IMG/VR virus record: IMGVR_UViG_3300045988_112808
Direction: 5' to 3' (one strand)
DNA: 64,000 bases
DNA from: a virus
In this document: piece after piece, positions 20,542 to 29,603 of the stretch
Position numbering within the stretch: the stretch's first letter is position 1
Layout: each line of letters begins with the position of its first letter
Position numbers and translations under genes: made by a program
Notes under the pieces: model-generated
Told to the model about the DNA's origin: nothing
Seen by the model: only the letters and a program-made list of their open reading frames with translations
The model's database searches: none

Positions 20542-21159
20542 ATGAGACGAAGATTTCAAATAGGGATGGGGGTAAATCCCTCGCTTATAATCAATAAAGG
20601 CATATACATCCAACATGTAGATGGAGGATTATATACAAAAGAAAATTGGTCTAATAAAGGATATTCCAATGATCTATGCAATGGAATAGCTCTTGTAGAT
20701 AAAGTGTGTTTTGTTATAGCCACCGAATATATTGGCACATTTCGTTGGGGTAAGGATGGAAGAGTAGATAATGTATTTGCACAAAATAGTTCTTATATGG
20801 AGACCGTTAAAAAGGATTATTGGGGGCGTGAAAATCAGAATGCGTATCTTGAATATGATACCAGTAATGAAAATTACGCTTTTAATAAAGCTAATAGCTA
20901 TTTATTTAAAAATGGTCAAAATGGATATGTAGGTGGCGCCGGAGAGTTTTTTTTGATATCATTGTATGCGAATGAAATAAACGAATGCTTTTTAATGGTA
21001 GGAGGTACGATAATGAGTAATAAAATGTGGACATCCACTCAATCTACACAATTTACCTATTCGTGGTATTATGATATAAACATCCAAGGGGATCATTTGG
21101 ATACAAGTACAAGGAGTAATCCACGTTATGTCCGCCCCTTTACTGAATTAATTTTATGA
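20542..21159 (+). CDS. tail fibre/receptor-binding-like protein, MRRRF family (paralog 2)
   Basis: In-frame ATG at 20542 gives MRRRFQIGMG; upstream part of track ORF is occupied by a terminator hairpin; C-terminus ...RYVRPFTELIL. Confidence 0.4.
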   Translation: MRRRFQIGMGVNPSLIINKGIYIQHVDGGLYTKENWSNKGYSNDLCNGIALVDKVCFVIATEYIGTFRWGKDGRVDNVFAQNSSYMETVKKDYWGRENQNAYLEYDTSNENYAFNKANSYLFKNGQNGYVGGAGEFFLISLYANEINECFLMVGGTIMSNKMWTSTQSTQFTYSWYYDINIQGDHLDTSTRSNPRYVRPFTELIL

Positions 21160-21163
21160 AATT

Positions 21164-21901
21164 ATGAGAAGAAGATTTGAAAATAATGCTAAACTATATG
21201 AGTATAAGATAGTTAGCGATTGTATAGGGGGGGAGGTAATCGTAGAAGGAAAGAAAGTAGGCACCATTCCACAGGGCGGGCAATTTATCTTTCTGTCTAA
21301 AAAAGAACGGCTGGATTCCATAAGTGTCCAAGGCGGTGTTCCAATGGAAGATAGGCAAGAGATCGATAATAGGGTTGATACGACAGAGGAATTGCTTGAA
21401 CAGGATTCGGTGGTTCTTGCTGTTGCTTTAACAACCTCTCCTTATTATGGATTTAGAGTAAGTGTGATAGCACCTGATGAGTTTACGCTAAGAACAACCA
21501 ATAGGATTAATAGAACCTTTTTAATAACAAGCTTTACTCCACCTGCTGCTATATACGGTGTAAACTTTAGTGATCCTATTGTCCTTAATTATGATAGTTA
21601 CCAATATAAGATGCCAGATCTTGTAATTGATGGACCTCATGATAGAATAGTTAGGGCAGATCCTAATTTTACTTGGACTACAAGATGTACAGATGCCGAC
21701 TTTACACCTTTGCCATATCCAGAATCATGGTCTGGCCAAGGTTTAAATTCTATGTTCTTATCAGAAATGAAACGTCTTACTCCTGGTGATCATCATGTAT
21801 CATATACAGCTTATATTAAATTGGACTTGATAGATGATGGCGGAAGTAAAGTTCATACTGAATATCTGGTATTAGAAAAAACACTTAATTTTACGATATG
21901 A
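21164..21901 (+). CDS. tail fibre/receptor-binding-like protein, MRRRF family (paralog 3)
   Basis: Starts MRRRFENNAKLYEYK; last gene of + strand block. Confidence 0.4.
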   Translation: MRRRFENNAKLYEYKIVSDCIGGEVIVEGKKVGTIPQGGQFIFLSKKERLDSISVQGGVPMEDRQEIDNRVDTTEELLEQDSVVLAVALTTSPYYGFRVSVIAPDEFTLRTTNRINRTFLITSFTPPAAIYGVNFSDPIVLNYDSYQYKMPDLVIDGPHDRIVRADPNFTWTTRCTDADFTPLPYPESWSGQGLNSMFLSEMKRLTPGDHHVSYTAYIKLDLIDDGGSKVHTEYLVLEKTLNFTI

Positions 21902-21947
21902 CAACAATCCCCAACCGTACGCCTATTGTATGGTTGGGGATTGTTGT
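21901..21947. terminator. bidirectional terminator between convergent gene blocks
   Basis: Perfect 16-bp inverted repeat acaacaatccccaacc / ggttggggattgttgt with 15-nt loop, between + strand stop (21901) and - strand stop (21991). Confidence 0.55.
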
Positions 21948-21990
21948 AGTTACCATCTTTTCTTGTATAAGCAGAACATGAAATAAGTTT

Positions 21991-22479
21991 CTAAGCATTA
22001 ACTTCATGACCTCCCCTATCCGTGAAAACTAAACCAATACCTTCTATGATATGTCCTACTACAGGAGCTTTGTCAAATTCCTCCTTCGTAGCCCAAGTAG
22101 CATTATCAGGCATCAGATCCTTGAATGCGTCCGAAACATCACCTTGACACCAGCAGTTATTTGATGTAACAATGCCTTTCCCTTCGATATTGATATACAT
22201 TTTTCTTCCACCACATCCAAGGCTGTTCCATCCGCTCGGTACGTTTTCCACCATAGGCTTAAGCACCCAGCTTACACCGTCTATCCTAACCCATCCCGGA
22301 TCGTCTTTGTGCTTGTCGTACAAGTTTTGCCAAAAAGAGCATTCGTAGCACCATCCCTTGTCTTCCATGATAGTTCTTATCTCACACCTTTCAAATCCAT
22401 CTGCATCCAACGTGTGCGGAGAATGAGGCTGGTGAGGGGTGCCACATTTTGGACATACGAGTTTTAAATTATCTTTCAT
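21991..22479 (-). CDS. hypothetical zinc-ribbon protein (162 aa)
   Basis: N-terminal CPKCG...H motifs; last gene of - strand block. Confidence 0.5.
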   Translation of the reverse strand: MKDNLKLVCPKCGTPHQPHSPHTLDADGFERCEIRTIMEDKGWCYECSFWQNLYDKHKDDPGWVRIDGVSWVLKPMVENVPSGWNSLGCGGRKMYINIEGKGIVTSNNCWCQGDVSDAFKDLMPDNATWATKEEFDKAPVVGHIIEGIGLVFTDRGGHEVNA

Positions 22480-22690
22480 ATTGCTTTACTTTTACGATTT
22501 TAATAGAATCACCAATATTGTATTCTCCTTGGTATCCAACGAATTTTATAATTCTATTATTTTTAAATATTGAAACTCTTTCGTCTTCACCATAATATAT
22601 CACACGTCCACCATCTAAAGGAAGTAGATCATATATAACCCATCCTTCATTAACCTGATCATCAATAAAATAAAATACCTCATATTATTT

Positions 22691-22882
22691 TCAACATAAA
22701 AATTTGTAACCTGGTTTTACTGCCTCTGCTTCTTCTTTTGTATCAAACATTAAGGTAGTGACAGCTCCTATGCCTTCACAAACGTAAGATACTTTTACCC
22801 ACCACCTGAAAATTCCCGATCCGTAATCATCATAATACGGCTCGGAAAGGACCTCTTCTACGTACCCATCTAAGTAATTCAT
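22691..22882 (-). CDS. hypothetical protein (63 aa)
   Basis: ORF overlapping upstream stop by 4 nt. Confidence 0.35.
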   Translation of the reverse strand: MNYLDGYVEEVLSEPYYDDYGSGIFRWWVKVSYVCEGIGAVTTLMFDTKEEAEAVKPGYKFLC

Positions 22883-23625
22883 GATCGCTCCTCCTTATTT
22901 TCAGATTCTGCCTCTTCGAGTATGCTGATCACCTTATCAACAATATCCGAATCAGACATTTTCTCAATAAAAACATCCATTGCCTTAGTTATGTCATTGG
23001 CTTCTTTTTCTTCAAGAGCAATCTCTCCACCGGTAATAGCATCAGATAATGATGTAGATAAGTGTCTTATCTTATCAATGCTCATAAACGTAAATGGATT
23101 ACCACCCCAGCCTCCACCCATTTCTTTCATAATCTGATATCCACCTGAAATAAGTCTGCCTGATGTCGTGGCCAAGGAGGATACGATTAGGGACAGCACC
23201 GCCACCTCCGTCCGCTCCTCCGACACGCCCTTCGACCACACGGCTGCCCTTATAGCGCCGGCCAGGTCGTCTATGTATGGCATGAGGCAATCTTCCATCG
23301 CTTGTGTTATATCAGCTATAACCTCACTACGCTCTTTATTTATGTAGTAGATAGAAGCATTGTACCTCTTTATCTCTTTGTCCATGTCATTTAAAAGACG
23401 CTTGATATTGTGCTTATACATAGGACTGGTTTTAATTACTTCCTTTAGCTTAAGAATGTAATTATAAGCCTGGTCGTTTACAAACAACGTCATGGTCTCA
23501 ACCGTTGAATGAAGCGTGTTAAGACTGTTAAGAATCTTATCGAAATTGTTTATCAAATAAGCTCTTATGGCTTTTGCTGCGTAGTTAATGTTATTAAAAT
23601 TATTCATTTTATTCATTAGATTCAA
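22879..23625 (-). CDS. hypothetical protein (248 aa)
   Basis: ORF starting 7 nt after TnpB-like gene stop; contains a local GC-rich patch. Confidence 0.5.
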   Translation of the reverse strand: MNLMNKMNNFNNINYAAKAIRAYLINNFDKILNSLNTLHSTVETMTLFVNDQAYNYILKLKEVIKTSPMYKHNIKRLLNDMDKEIKRYNASIYYINKERSEVIADITQAMEDCLMPYIDDLAGAIRAAVWSKGVSEERTEVAVLSLIVSSLATTSGRLISGGYQIMKEMGGGWGGNPFTFMSIDKIRHLSTSLSDAITGGEIALEEKEANDITKAMDVFIEKMSDSDIVDKVISILEEAESENKEERS

Positions 23626-23632
23626 CCTTATA

Positions 23633-24820
23633 TCACAAAATATTTATTCTAACCGGATTAAACACAAATCCACTATCGATTATCTTTCCAATGAAAGAAT
23701 CACCGATTACTTTTCTTGCTATTCCAATTGCTCCATTAATATCTGCATTGATCAGCTTCCCAATAGAACTTTGAAACAATCCGCGTTTCTTCCTTCTACC
23801 TAAGTAGGATTCTTGTTTCTTTAGAGGTTCAAAAGCAAGATGGTCAATCTTTGATGTGTAAGATTCCTCATGAGTAATTACCTCTATCCCTAAAAGATTT
23901 GCTTTGTAAACAATCTTATCAATCAATTTAGAATGAGGAATAGAAACAAAATGTTGGTTATTCCTTTTACCGATATTTATCTCGTTTTTCCATTCTTTGT
24001 TTAATCCAATGATGATTGTTCCTATATTGTTAGATTTACAAAAGTCTACAATGTATCTACTGATTTTATGCAATTTGTCTTCTATCCAACAATTTCTAAA
24101 CAAAGTAATTTTTCTTATTCTATTTGAAGTTCCCTTATTACCAACAAAAGACATCAACTTAGCTTTCTTCTTATTGTACCACTGATTTACTGATTTCATA
24201 ACCCGTCCGTTTATAATGAAAGAATTAACTACATTACTAATACATGAACATAAATTATTCAATCCTAAATCAATCGAAAGAAAATTGTCTTTGTTTAAAC
24301 CAAGATCAGTTTCCTTTCTTTCATAAACTACCTCTACTACATAACATGTAGCTTGAGGGATTATTCTAACTTGTTTTAGTTTGTCTTTCTTTACATTTGT
24401 TTTGATAGGTTTGATTATATCTTTAACAAAATAAATACAATTATCACCCTTTACCCTACAATTGCAGTTGGTGAAAACAACCATGTTTTGTTTCTTACCT
24501 TGTTTGTATGATGGAAGGTGAGGTCTATGATTTCCGTATTTAGAAGGATTCTTTTCAAAATCCTTCTTGAGTTTTATCCAGGATTTTATGTTTTTAAATA
24601 CCTGTTTAATCACCTGTTGGGATACATGATTAGGTAAATTCCTGAAATCGAATTGGTTTTCTTTGCAAAGTTTGTTTGATAAATCAAATTCCTTTAAATA
24701 GTTACCTGAAAAGATTCCTTGACGAATGTTGTAAAGAACATAATTATATAACAAGCCGGATTTGAAGCAAATATCCTCAAACCGGTTGTCTTTAACTATA
24801 TGCCTTTCAACTAATCTCAT
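23633..24820 (-). CDS. TnpB-like (IS200/IS605 OrfB family) RuvC-fold protein, apparently lacking RuvC-II Glu and zinc finger
   Basis: RuvC-I SIDLGLNN, TS motif VITHEESYTSK, RuvC-III NADINGAIGIARK, N-terminal FKSGLLYNYVLYN; RuvC-II position reads TIIIGLNKEW; no Cys after TSK; no flanking space for IS ends. Confidence 0.7.
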   Translation of the reverse strand: MRLVERHIVKDNRFEDICFKSGLLYNYVLYNIRQGIFSGNYLKEFDLSNKLCKENQFDFRNLPNHVSQQVIKQVFKNIKSWIKLKKDFEKNPSKYGNHRPHLPSYKQGKKQNMVVFTNCNCRVKGDNCIYFVKDIIKPIKTNVKKDKLKQVRIIPQATCYVVEVVYERKETDLGLNKDNFLSIDLGLNNLCSCISNVVNSFIINGRVMKSVNQWYNKKKAKLMSFVGNKGTSNRIRKITLFRNCWIEDKLHKISRYIVDFCKSNNIGTIIIGLNKEWKNEINIGKRNNQHFVSIPHSKLIDKIVYKANLLGIEVITHEESYTSKIDHLAFEPLKKQESYLGRRKKRGLFQSSIGKLINADINGAIGIARKVIGDSFIGKIIDSGFVFNPVRINIL

Positions 24821-24873
24821 TTGAATGATTTATATCGTAAATGTAATCGTTATTTGTAAAATAATCAAATTAT

Positions 24874-25416
24874 TCAATCATCGCATTCAAATTTTAGATT
24901 TTCAAGTTCGTGTATTTGTAACTTAAGAGACTTAATTAAATTCGTTCTCTGTTCCTCTGCATGTTTTAAAGCCTCTTCCTTGCTTTCAAAAGCACAATCC
25001 CCTATCTGATAAGGGGTGTAACGACCAGGAGTGTCGGCTAATAAAAGACCACCACAATCTTCTATTCTGGCTTTTACCTTTCTTATTTTCCCATCTTTTA
25101 GACACATGTCTGTAACCCATACGAATTTACCATATAATTTATCATACTCTTCTAATCTCTCTTCTTGCAATTCATACCATTTCGGCTTAGGAAATCTTAA
25201 TGTGAATTTAACCTCAGTATCTTTTTCTAAGACATTAATATCGTATGCTTCCGGCCACAGCTCTTTTATGCTGTCTTCGTCTTCGGCATACGCTACAAGT
25301 ATGAATGAATCATCGGATTCACCACTACACCAATATGGATATTTTATAGGCCATTTGACTGGACGGTAGTCGTTACCGCAGTCGGATTTTTTAATGTAAA
25401 ATCTTGCTCTAATCAT
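24874..25416 (-). CDS. hypothetical protein (180 aa)
   Basis: ORF upstream of TnpB-like gene. Confidence 0.5.
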   Translation of the reverse strand: MIRARFYIKKSDCGNDYRPVKWPIKYPYWCSGESDDSFILVAYAEDEDSIKELWPEAYDINVLEKDTEVKFTLRFPKPKWYELQEERLEEYDKLYGKFVWVTDMCLKDGKIRKVKARIEDCGGLLLADTPGRYTPYQIGDCAFESKEEALKHAEEQRTNLIKSLKLQIHELENLKFECDD

Positions 25417-25423
25417 ATCGTTA

Positions 25424-25735
25424 TTAATCTAATAATTTTTCTATTTTAATTGATTTTGATGATAGATACATATTCCACGTTCCTCTGCCTCTATCACCTT
25501 TTTCGTTTTGTTTTTGGATTGTCAAGTACAGATCTCCGTCTTCACATACTTCAACTTTTTTCAAGAAGCCTATCATTTCATCTCCTGCTTCGTGTAAAAT
25601 ACGGATCTTATCTCCTTCTTTTAACCCATAATTGGAATCAAAATATTCTTTTTTGATTCTATCAATATTGTCTTTATGGTTTTTTATAGCATAAAGCTCT
25701 TTTCTTAATAAATAATTTAGTTGTTCTATTGTCAT
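25424..25735 (-). CDS. hypothetical protein (103 aa)
   Basis: ORF. Confidence 0.45.
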   Translation of the reverse strand: MTIEQLNYLLRKELYAIKNHKDNIDRIKKEYFDSNYGLKEGDKIRILHEAGDEMIGFLKKVEVCEDGDLYLTIQKQNEKGDRGRGTWNMYLSSKSIKIEKLLD

Positions 25736-26289
25736 TTCTTTTCCTCCTTATTTAATGGCATTAACCCTTTTCCGTGCTTGTCATACCACAGCATAGCTAT
25801 GCAGTTCCATGCACATTGTGCAAGATGAAAACATCCTGTATCGGAATCCACTCTTTCCCCTTTCATGTATTCCATTAGGTGTCGAAACATCGCAGCACGG
25901 TACCGTTCAATGCCATTGTCAAGATTCTGCCAAGTATTAGGACCGTACTTTTTGGCTCCGGCATGATAGACTTTTACAATGTCCTCAATTTCTTCCATCG
26001 GAAGCAAATCCCATCGTAGTTTATCGTCAATGATGTCATTTTTCACCGATTTGTTTTCTCTGGATACTTTGACAGGAATAATACCCATAATGTCCGTTCC
26101 TACGATAAACGTCTCTCCATTGCAACAAACCTCCGCATATTCATCATCTACCTCTATGTCTGATACTGCCTCCACTATAGCTCCTCTGGCTATTTCTAAT
26201 TCGGAACTGATTACATCACTTTCCAACATGCGAAAAATAGATCCTTTTGGATAAAGGATGTTTTTAGTATTATTGTCCATCTTTTCCAT
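25732..26289 (-). CDS. nucleotide pyrophosphohydrolase-like protein (DUF550/dATP-dGTP diphosphohydrolase N-domain-like)
   Basis: LRWDLLPMEEIEDIVKVYHAGAKKYGPNTWQN resembles W.L.P...a.V...GA.KYG..NW signature as I recall it. Confidence 0.4.
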   Translation of the reverse strand: MEKMDNNTKNILYPKGSIFRMLESDVISSELEIARGAIVEAVSDIEVDDEYAEVCCNGETFIVGTDIMGIIPVKVSRENKSVKNDIIDDKLRWDLLPMEEIEDIVKVYHAGAKKYGPNTWQNLDNGIERYRAAMFRHLMEYMKGERVDSDTGCFHLAQCAWNCIAMLWYDKHGKGLMPLNKEEKK

Positions 26290-26333
26290 TGTTTTATCGT
26301 TGTTTTAATCGCTTGATATAATAATATAATCCA

Positions 26334-26672
26334 TCATTCTCCTGTAAAGCGGTCAAATTCTTCTCCGCTCATGACAATGCGGTTAATGATAATTATGCCG
26401 TTATCGCTATAATCATCATCTTTAATTCCCATATCATCAAGCTCTTTCTTTAAGTCTTCAAATGTGGGACCTTTCTTGTCTTTAGAAAATAAAGTAGCAT
26501 GTACAACCTTTCCGTTGTTTAGTTTTACTCTCACGGTATAGAGATATCCTTTTTCTTCTTCATCCTTTTTATTGATACCATCAAGGATGCTATTTATCAT
26601 ATCCTTGTTCTCACGTGATAGGTTGGGTATAGCTATTTTGACCTTGAATCTAAATACTTCGTTTTCGTTCAT
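26334..26672 (-). CDS. hypothetical protein (112 aa)
   Basis: ORF. Confidence 0.45.
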   Translation of the reverse strand: MNENEVFRFKVKIAIPNLSRENKDMINSILDGINKKDEEEKGYLYTVRVKLNNGKVVHATLFSKDKKGPTFEDLKKELDDMGIKDDDYSDNGIIIINRIVMSGEEFDRFTGE

Positions 26673-26956
26673 GACTTTCTGTTTTTATTGTTTTCAAAAT
26701 ATTGTCTTACGGCTTCTATGGCTTTATCATCATCAAAAACTTCTTCAAACTCCGTGTAGAACCTATCTCGCTCCATGCAGAATGTGTTTTTCCCTTCCGG
26801 TATAGGACGGAACACAACCATCCTCTCTTTGTCGTGATTGGTTCCTATTATGTTATTATCTAAGATAATAGAATACCTTCTTGAACTTTTGTTGATAACA
26901 ACATCATGTTGAAGACCATACAATTTAAGTATTTCCCTTAATTCATTTGTTTTCAT
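26669..26956 (-). CDS. hypothetical protein (95 aa)
   Basis: ORF. Confidence 0.45.
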   Translation of the reverse strand: MKTNELREILKLYGLQHDVVINKSSRRYSIILDNNIIGTNHDKERMVVFRPIPEGKNTFCMERDRFYTEFEEVFDDDKAIEAVRQYFENNKNRKS

Positions 26957-27313
26957 TTATATTACTCCTTCCAAATTTACTTTAATAGAACCATTTATGG
27001 TTTTAATGCTCCCATCTATGGTTGAAATCACATCATCTATATCATTTATAATACTTTCCATGTCATCAACCACCTCCTCCATATCAGTTACAGCCTGATC
27101 TGATTCCCAATATCTTTCTGAGTCTTGTAACGATTCCGGTATATTATCTCTCGCCTCAGTCTCTTCGTCTAAAATCATATCAACATCATCTTTGGCTGAA
27201 TTTATGTTGCACTTCAACTCCGATAACTTTGATTTGATGTATTCAAAATCTGTTTTATACTTATTTACGTTGTTAATAACATCCGATATTTTTTTTCTTC
27301 TCTTGTTGTTCAT
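26957..27313 (-). CDS. hypothetical acidic coiled-coil protein (118 aa)
   Basis: ORF; stop abuts next start. Confidence 0.45.
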   Translation of the reverse strand: MNNKRRKKISDVINNVNKYKTDFEYIKSKLSELKCNINSAKDDVDMILDEETEARDNIPESLQDSERYWESDQAVTDMEEVVDDMESIINDIDDVISTIDGSIKTINGSIKVNLEGVI

Positions 27314-28731
27314 GCTTTTATCCTATTATAATATTCTATAACCTTTTCTTTTCTATCTCCTGGTTTTACTGCCATATTCTCAGCCAAGAACCTAAAATAC
27401 GACACCGGTATGTCCTTGAATCTAATTCCTTCATATTTTCCAAACCACATTATTATACTATCAAGATCGTCTTCTCTCCTACCATCTCCATTCACAGATT
27501 TAAGCGAGGCTGCCCGACGAAGGATCTCGTCTTTGGTAATAATATCACCCATCCTTATATTAGACAGAAGTTGATCGCCAGCAAACATACACCAGCCCTT
27601 AGAAGGGAATTGCTCGATTGTCAGGTCTTCTATCCGACCAAAGCGTCTCATGTTGTCGCAGCAATCAACTATCAGCGCCTCTTTCTTGTCAGGATGGATG
27701 CGGACGGCGCGGCCTAATATTTGGTAATAAGTTGAATATGAGAAAGTTGGTCGACCAAACATCACACAATCAAGTTCAGGAAAATCAAATCCGGTAGCAA
27801 GCGTTGAATAATTAAAAACCACCTTCAACTTACCTTCTTTGAAATCGGATATGATTTGCTCTCTTTTCTTTTTGGTTGTTAGCGATGTTACGACACCGGT
27901 TATGGCTCCCATCCTGGCATTCATGAACTCTGATATTCTATTACATGATTCGATAGAATCCATGCAAACCAAAATGGCTTTACGCTCGTTCATAAGTTGA
28001 AGAAGGCGCTTGTAGATAGAGTTGTTTAAGCCGTTTCGTACAATACTTTCTTTAATAGATTCGTTGGTGTATTCGGCTCCGGTACTGTTTAACATCAGAG
28101 CCGATTCATCAAACGACCATCGTTCGTACTTAAGTGGACACCAAAACCCTTGAGAAGTTAGTTCTTGTATTTGAGTCACATGAACTATTTTCTTGAAGAA
28201 GTTATGCTCGTCTTTCGTCAGCATATTGAGCTTGCTATAGTTCCCTTCCAGCATGGAACTGTAGGTTCGGAGGCGGCAGGGAGTGGCGGTGAAGCCCAGT
28301 ACCTTCGCCTCTGGGAACCTGTTCATAAACTCCATAAATTCAGAACCTTCTTCAGGAGAATATCCTGAATGACATTCGTCTATCAATAAGGTATCTATCC
28401 CTATATCCTTCAACCTCGCTACATCTTTCTTTATGCTCTTTAATGTTGCATAAGTCATAGCCGACAGCTCCTTTATACCACATGAAGCAGAATATATAGT
28501 AGGTTTAGAACCGAATGATACGGCCTTTGCATAATTCTGCTCCAGAATCTCTTTTGAGGGCTGTAATACTAATGTCGGTCTATTTATTTCATGTGCTATC
28601 TTGGATATCAGAAGGCTCTTTCCACATCCGCATGGGGCTACGATTATGCCAGGCTTCTTAGATCTTCCTGTAAGAAACTTAAGCCCGGCATCTACTGCTT
28701 CTTTTTGGTAAGGTCTAAGTTCAAAGCCCAT
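27310..28731 (-). CDS. SF2 DEAD/DEAH-box DNA helicase (ResIII/UvsW-like)
   Basis: RPYQ, Walker A APCGCGKS, DECH, FTATP, ATGFDFP, QILGRAVR motifs. Confidence 0.7.
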   Translation of the reverse strand: MGFELRPYQKEAVDAGLKFLTGRSKKPGIIVAPCGCGKSLLISKIAHEINRPTLVLQPSKEILEQNYAKAVSFGSKPTIYSASCGIKELSAMTYATLKSIKKDVARLKDIGIDTLLIDECHSGYSPEEGSEFMEFMNRFPEAKVLGFTATPCRLRTYSSMLEGNYSKLNMLTKDEHNFFKKIVHVTQIQELTSQGFWCPLKYERWSFDESALMLNSTGAEYTNESIKESIVRNGLNNSIYKRLLQLMNERKAILVCMDSIESCNRISEFMNARMGAITGVVTSLTTKKKREQIISDFKEGKLKVVFNYSTLATGFDFPELDCVMFGRPTFSYSTYYQILGRAVRIHPDKKEALIVDCCDNMRRFGRIEDLTIEQFPSKGWCMFAGDQLLSNIRMGDIITKDEILRRAASLKSVNGDGRREDDLDSIIMWFGKYEGIRFKDIPVSYFRFLAENMAVKPGDRKEKVIEYYNRIKA

Positions 28732-29107
28732 CGCAATCTATTATATTATTTTTTGAAAGTTCTATTATCGCCTCTTTCAACATCTCCCTTGCTTTATTCT
28801 CATTATCTTCAAACAGGCATACACTGCATGTAGCACCTTTGGAGGGGTAGTCTCTGTAGGCTTCTGCTCTTTCTACAACGTACTCACAACAATAGTCGTG
28901 ACTCATGTCTTTTGCTATACTTATAAAATGATCTTCTCCATCCATCAACACGCAATATTCAGCATCGTTTTCGCATGCAATAACACCTTTGTTTTTTAAA
29001 ATGGATAGCACTTTATTTCCAAAAAGTCCAATATAGACCCATATATCTTTCCCTGCATTTTTGTAAAAAATATCCATTCCTTCTTTGATTGTGACTTTCT
29101 TTTCCAT
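28721..29107 (-). CDS. hypothetical Cys-containing protein (128 aa)
   Basis: ORF. Confidence 0.45.
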   Translation of the reverse strand: MEKKVTIKEGMDIFYKNAGKDIWVYIGLFGNKVLSILKNKGVIACENDAEYCVLMDGEDHFISIAKDMSHDYCCEYVVERAEAYRDYPSKGATCSVCLFEDNENKAREMLKEAIIELSKNNIIDCDGL

Positions 29108-29113
29108 AATCCC

Positions 29114-29464
29114 TTATTTTATATCAGTAATTAAAACATATATTTTAGCAATATCTTCAAGACTCACAGAAGAACGTATATATAGTTTTTCTTCGTACTC
29201 ATATAGAGCGTACCCTTCTTTTATGTCTAATATCTTAATCACATGCTTGCCTCTTTCAAATGGATCCTCAAAGTAGCTCTTATGTTCGTATCTTTGACCT
29301 ACTTTGATTTTGTCAGTTTTCTTCTTCATCTTATAACGCTCTACTGCTCTACCTGTTTTTATGAAAGCTGTCGTGAGTAAGTATAATAAAACTAAATACA
29401 AAAGGATCGCTACTCCACATATTAGATCTTCTTTCATTACACTCCTTTTAAATAGTTGAACCAT
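29114..29464 (-). CDS. hypothetical membrane protein (116 aa)
   Basis: N-terminal hydrophobic helix GVAILLYLVLLYLLTTAFI. Confidence 0.45.
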   Translation of the reverse strand: MVQLFKRSVMKEDLICGVAILLYLVLLYLLTTAFIKTGRAVERYKMKKKTDKIKVGQRYEHKSYFEDPFERGKHVIKILDIKEGYALYEYEEKLYIRSSVSLEDIAKIYVLITDIK

Positions 29465-29603
29465 ATATCCTCCAGCTTCTCCTGAAGCTCAAACGCTTTC
29501 TTGAAATTCCCGCATCTTACAGCAACGTCTCTCATGTATTCTACGTTTATAACTTCCGGATCTTGCCGGTATTTCGTTCTTAACTTTTGAACATCCTCGT
29601 ATT

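Noticed and set aside
22480-22882. Same-frame continuation after ORF 22691-22882 (TGA AAA TAA then ~70 sense codons)
   Set aside because: Two stops separate the segments and the downstream part has no ATG. It is most likely an untranslated spacer or decayed gene rather than recoding.
23633-24900. Intact IS200/IS605-family insertion (tnpB with left/right ends)
   Set aside because: There is no tnpA, only ~53 nt upstream and 7 nt downstream before neighbouring genes, and no obvious subterminal hairpins, so a mobile element is unlikely. Domestication or decay is favoured.
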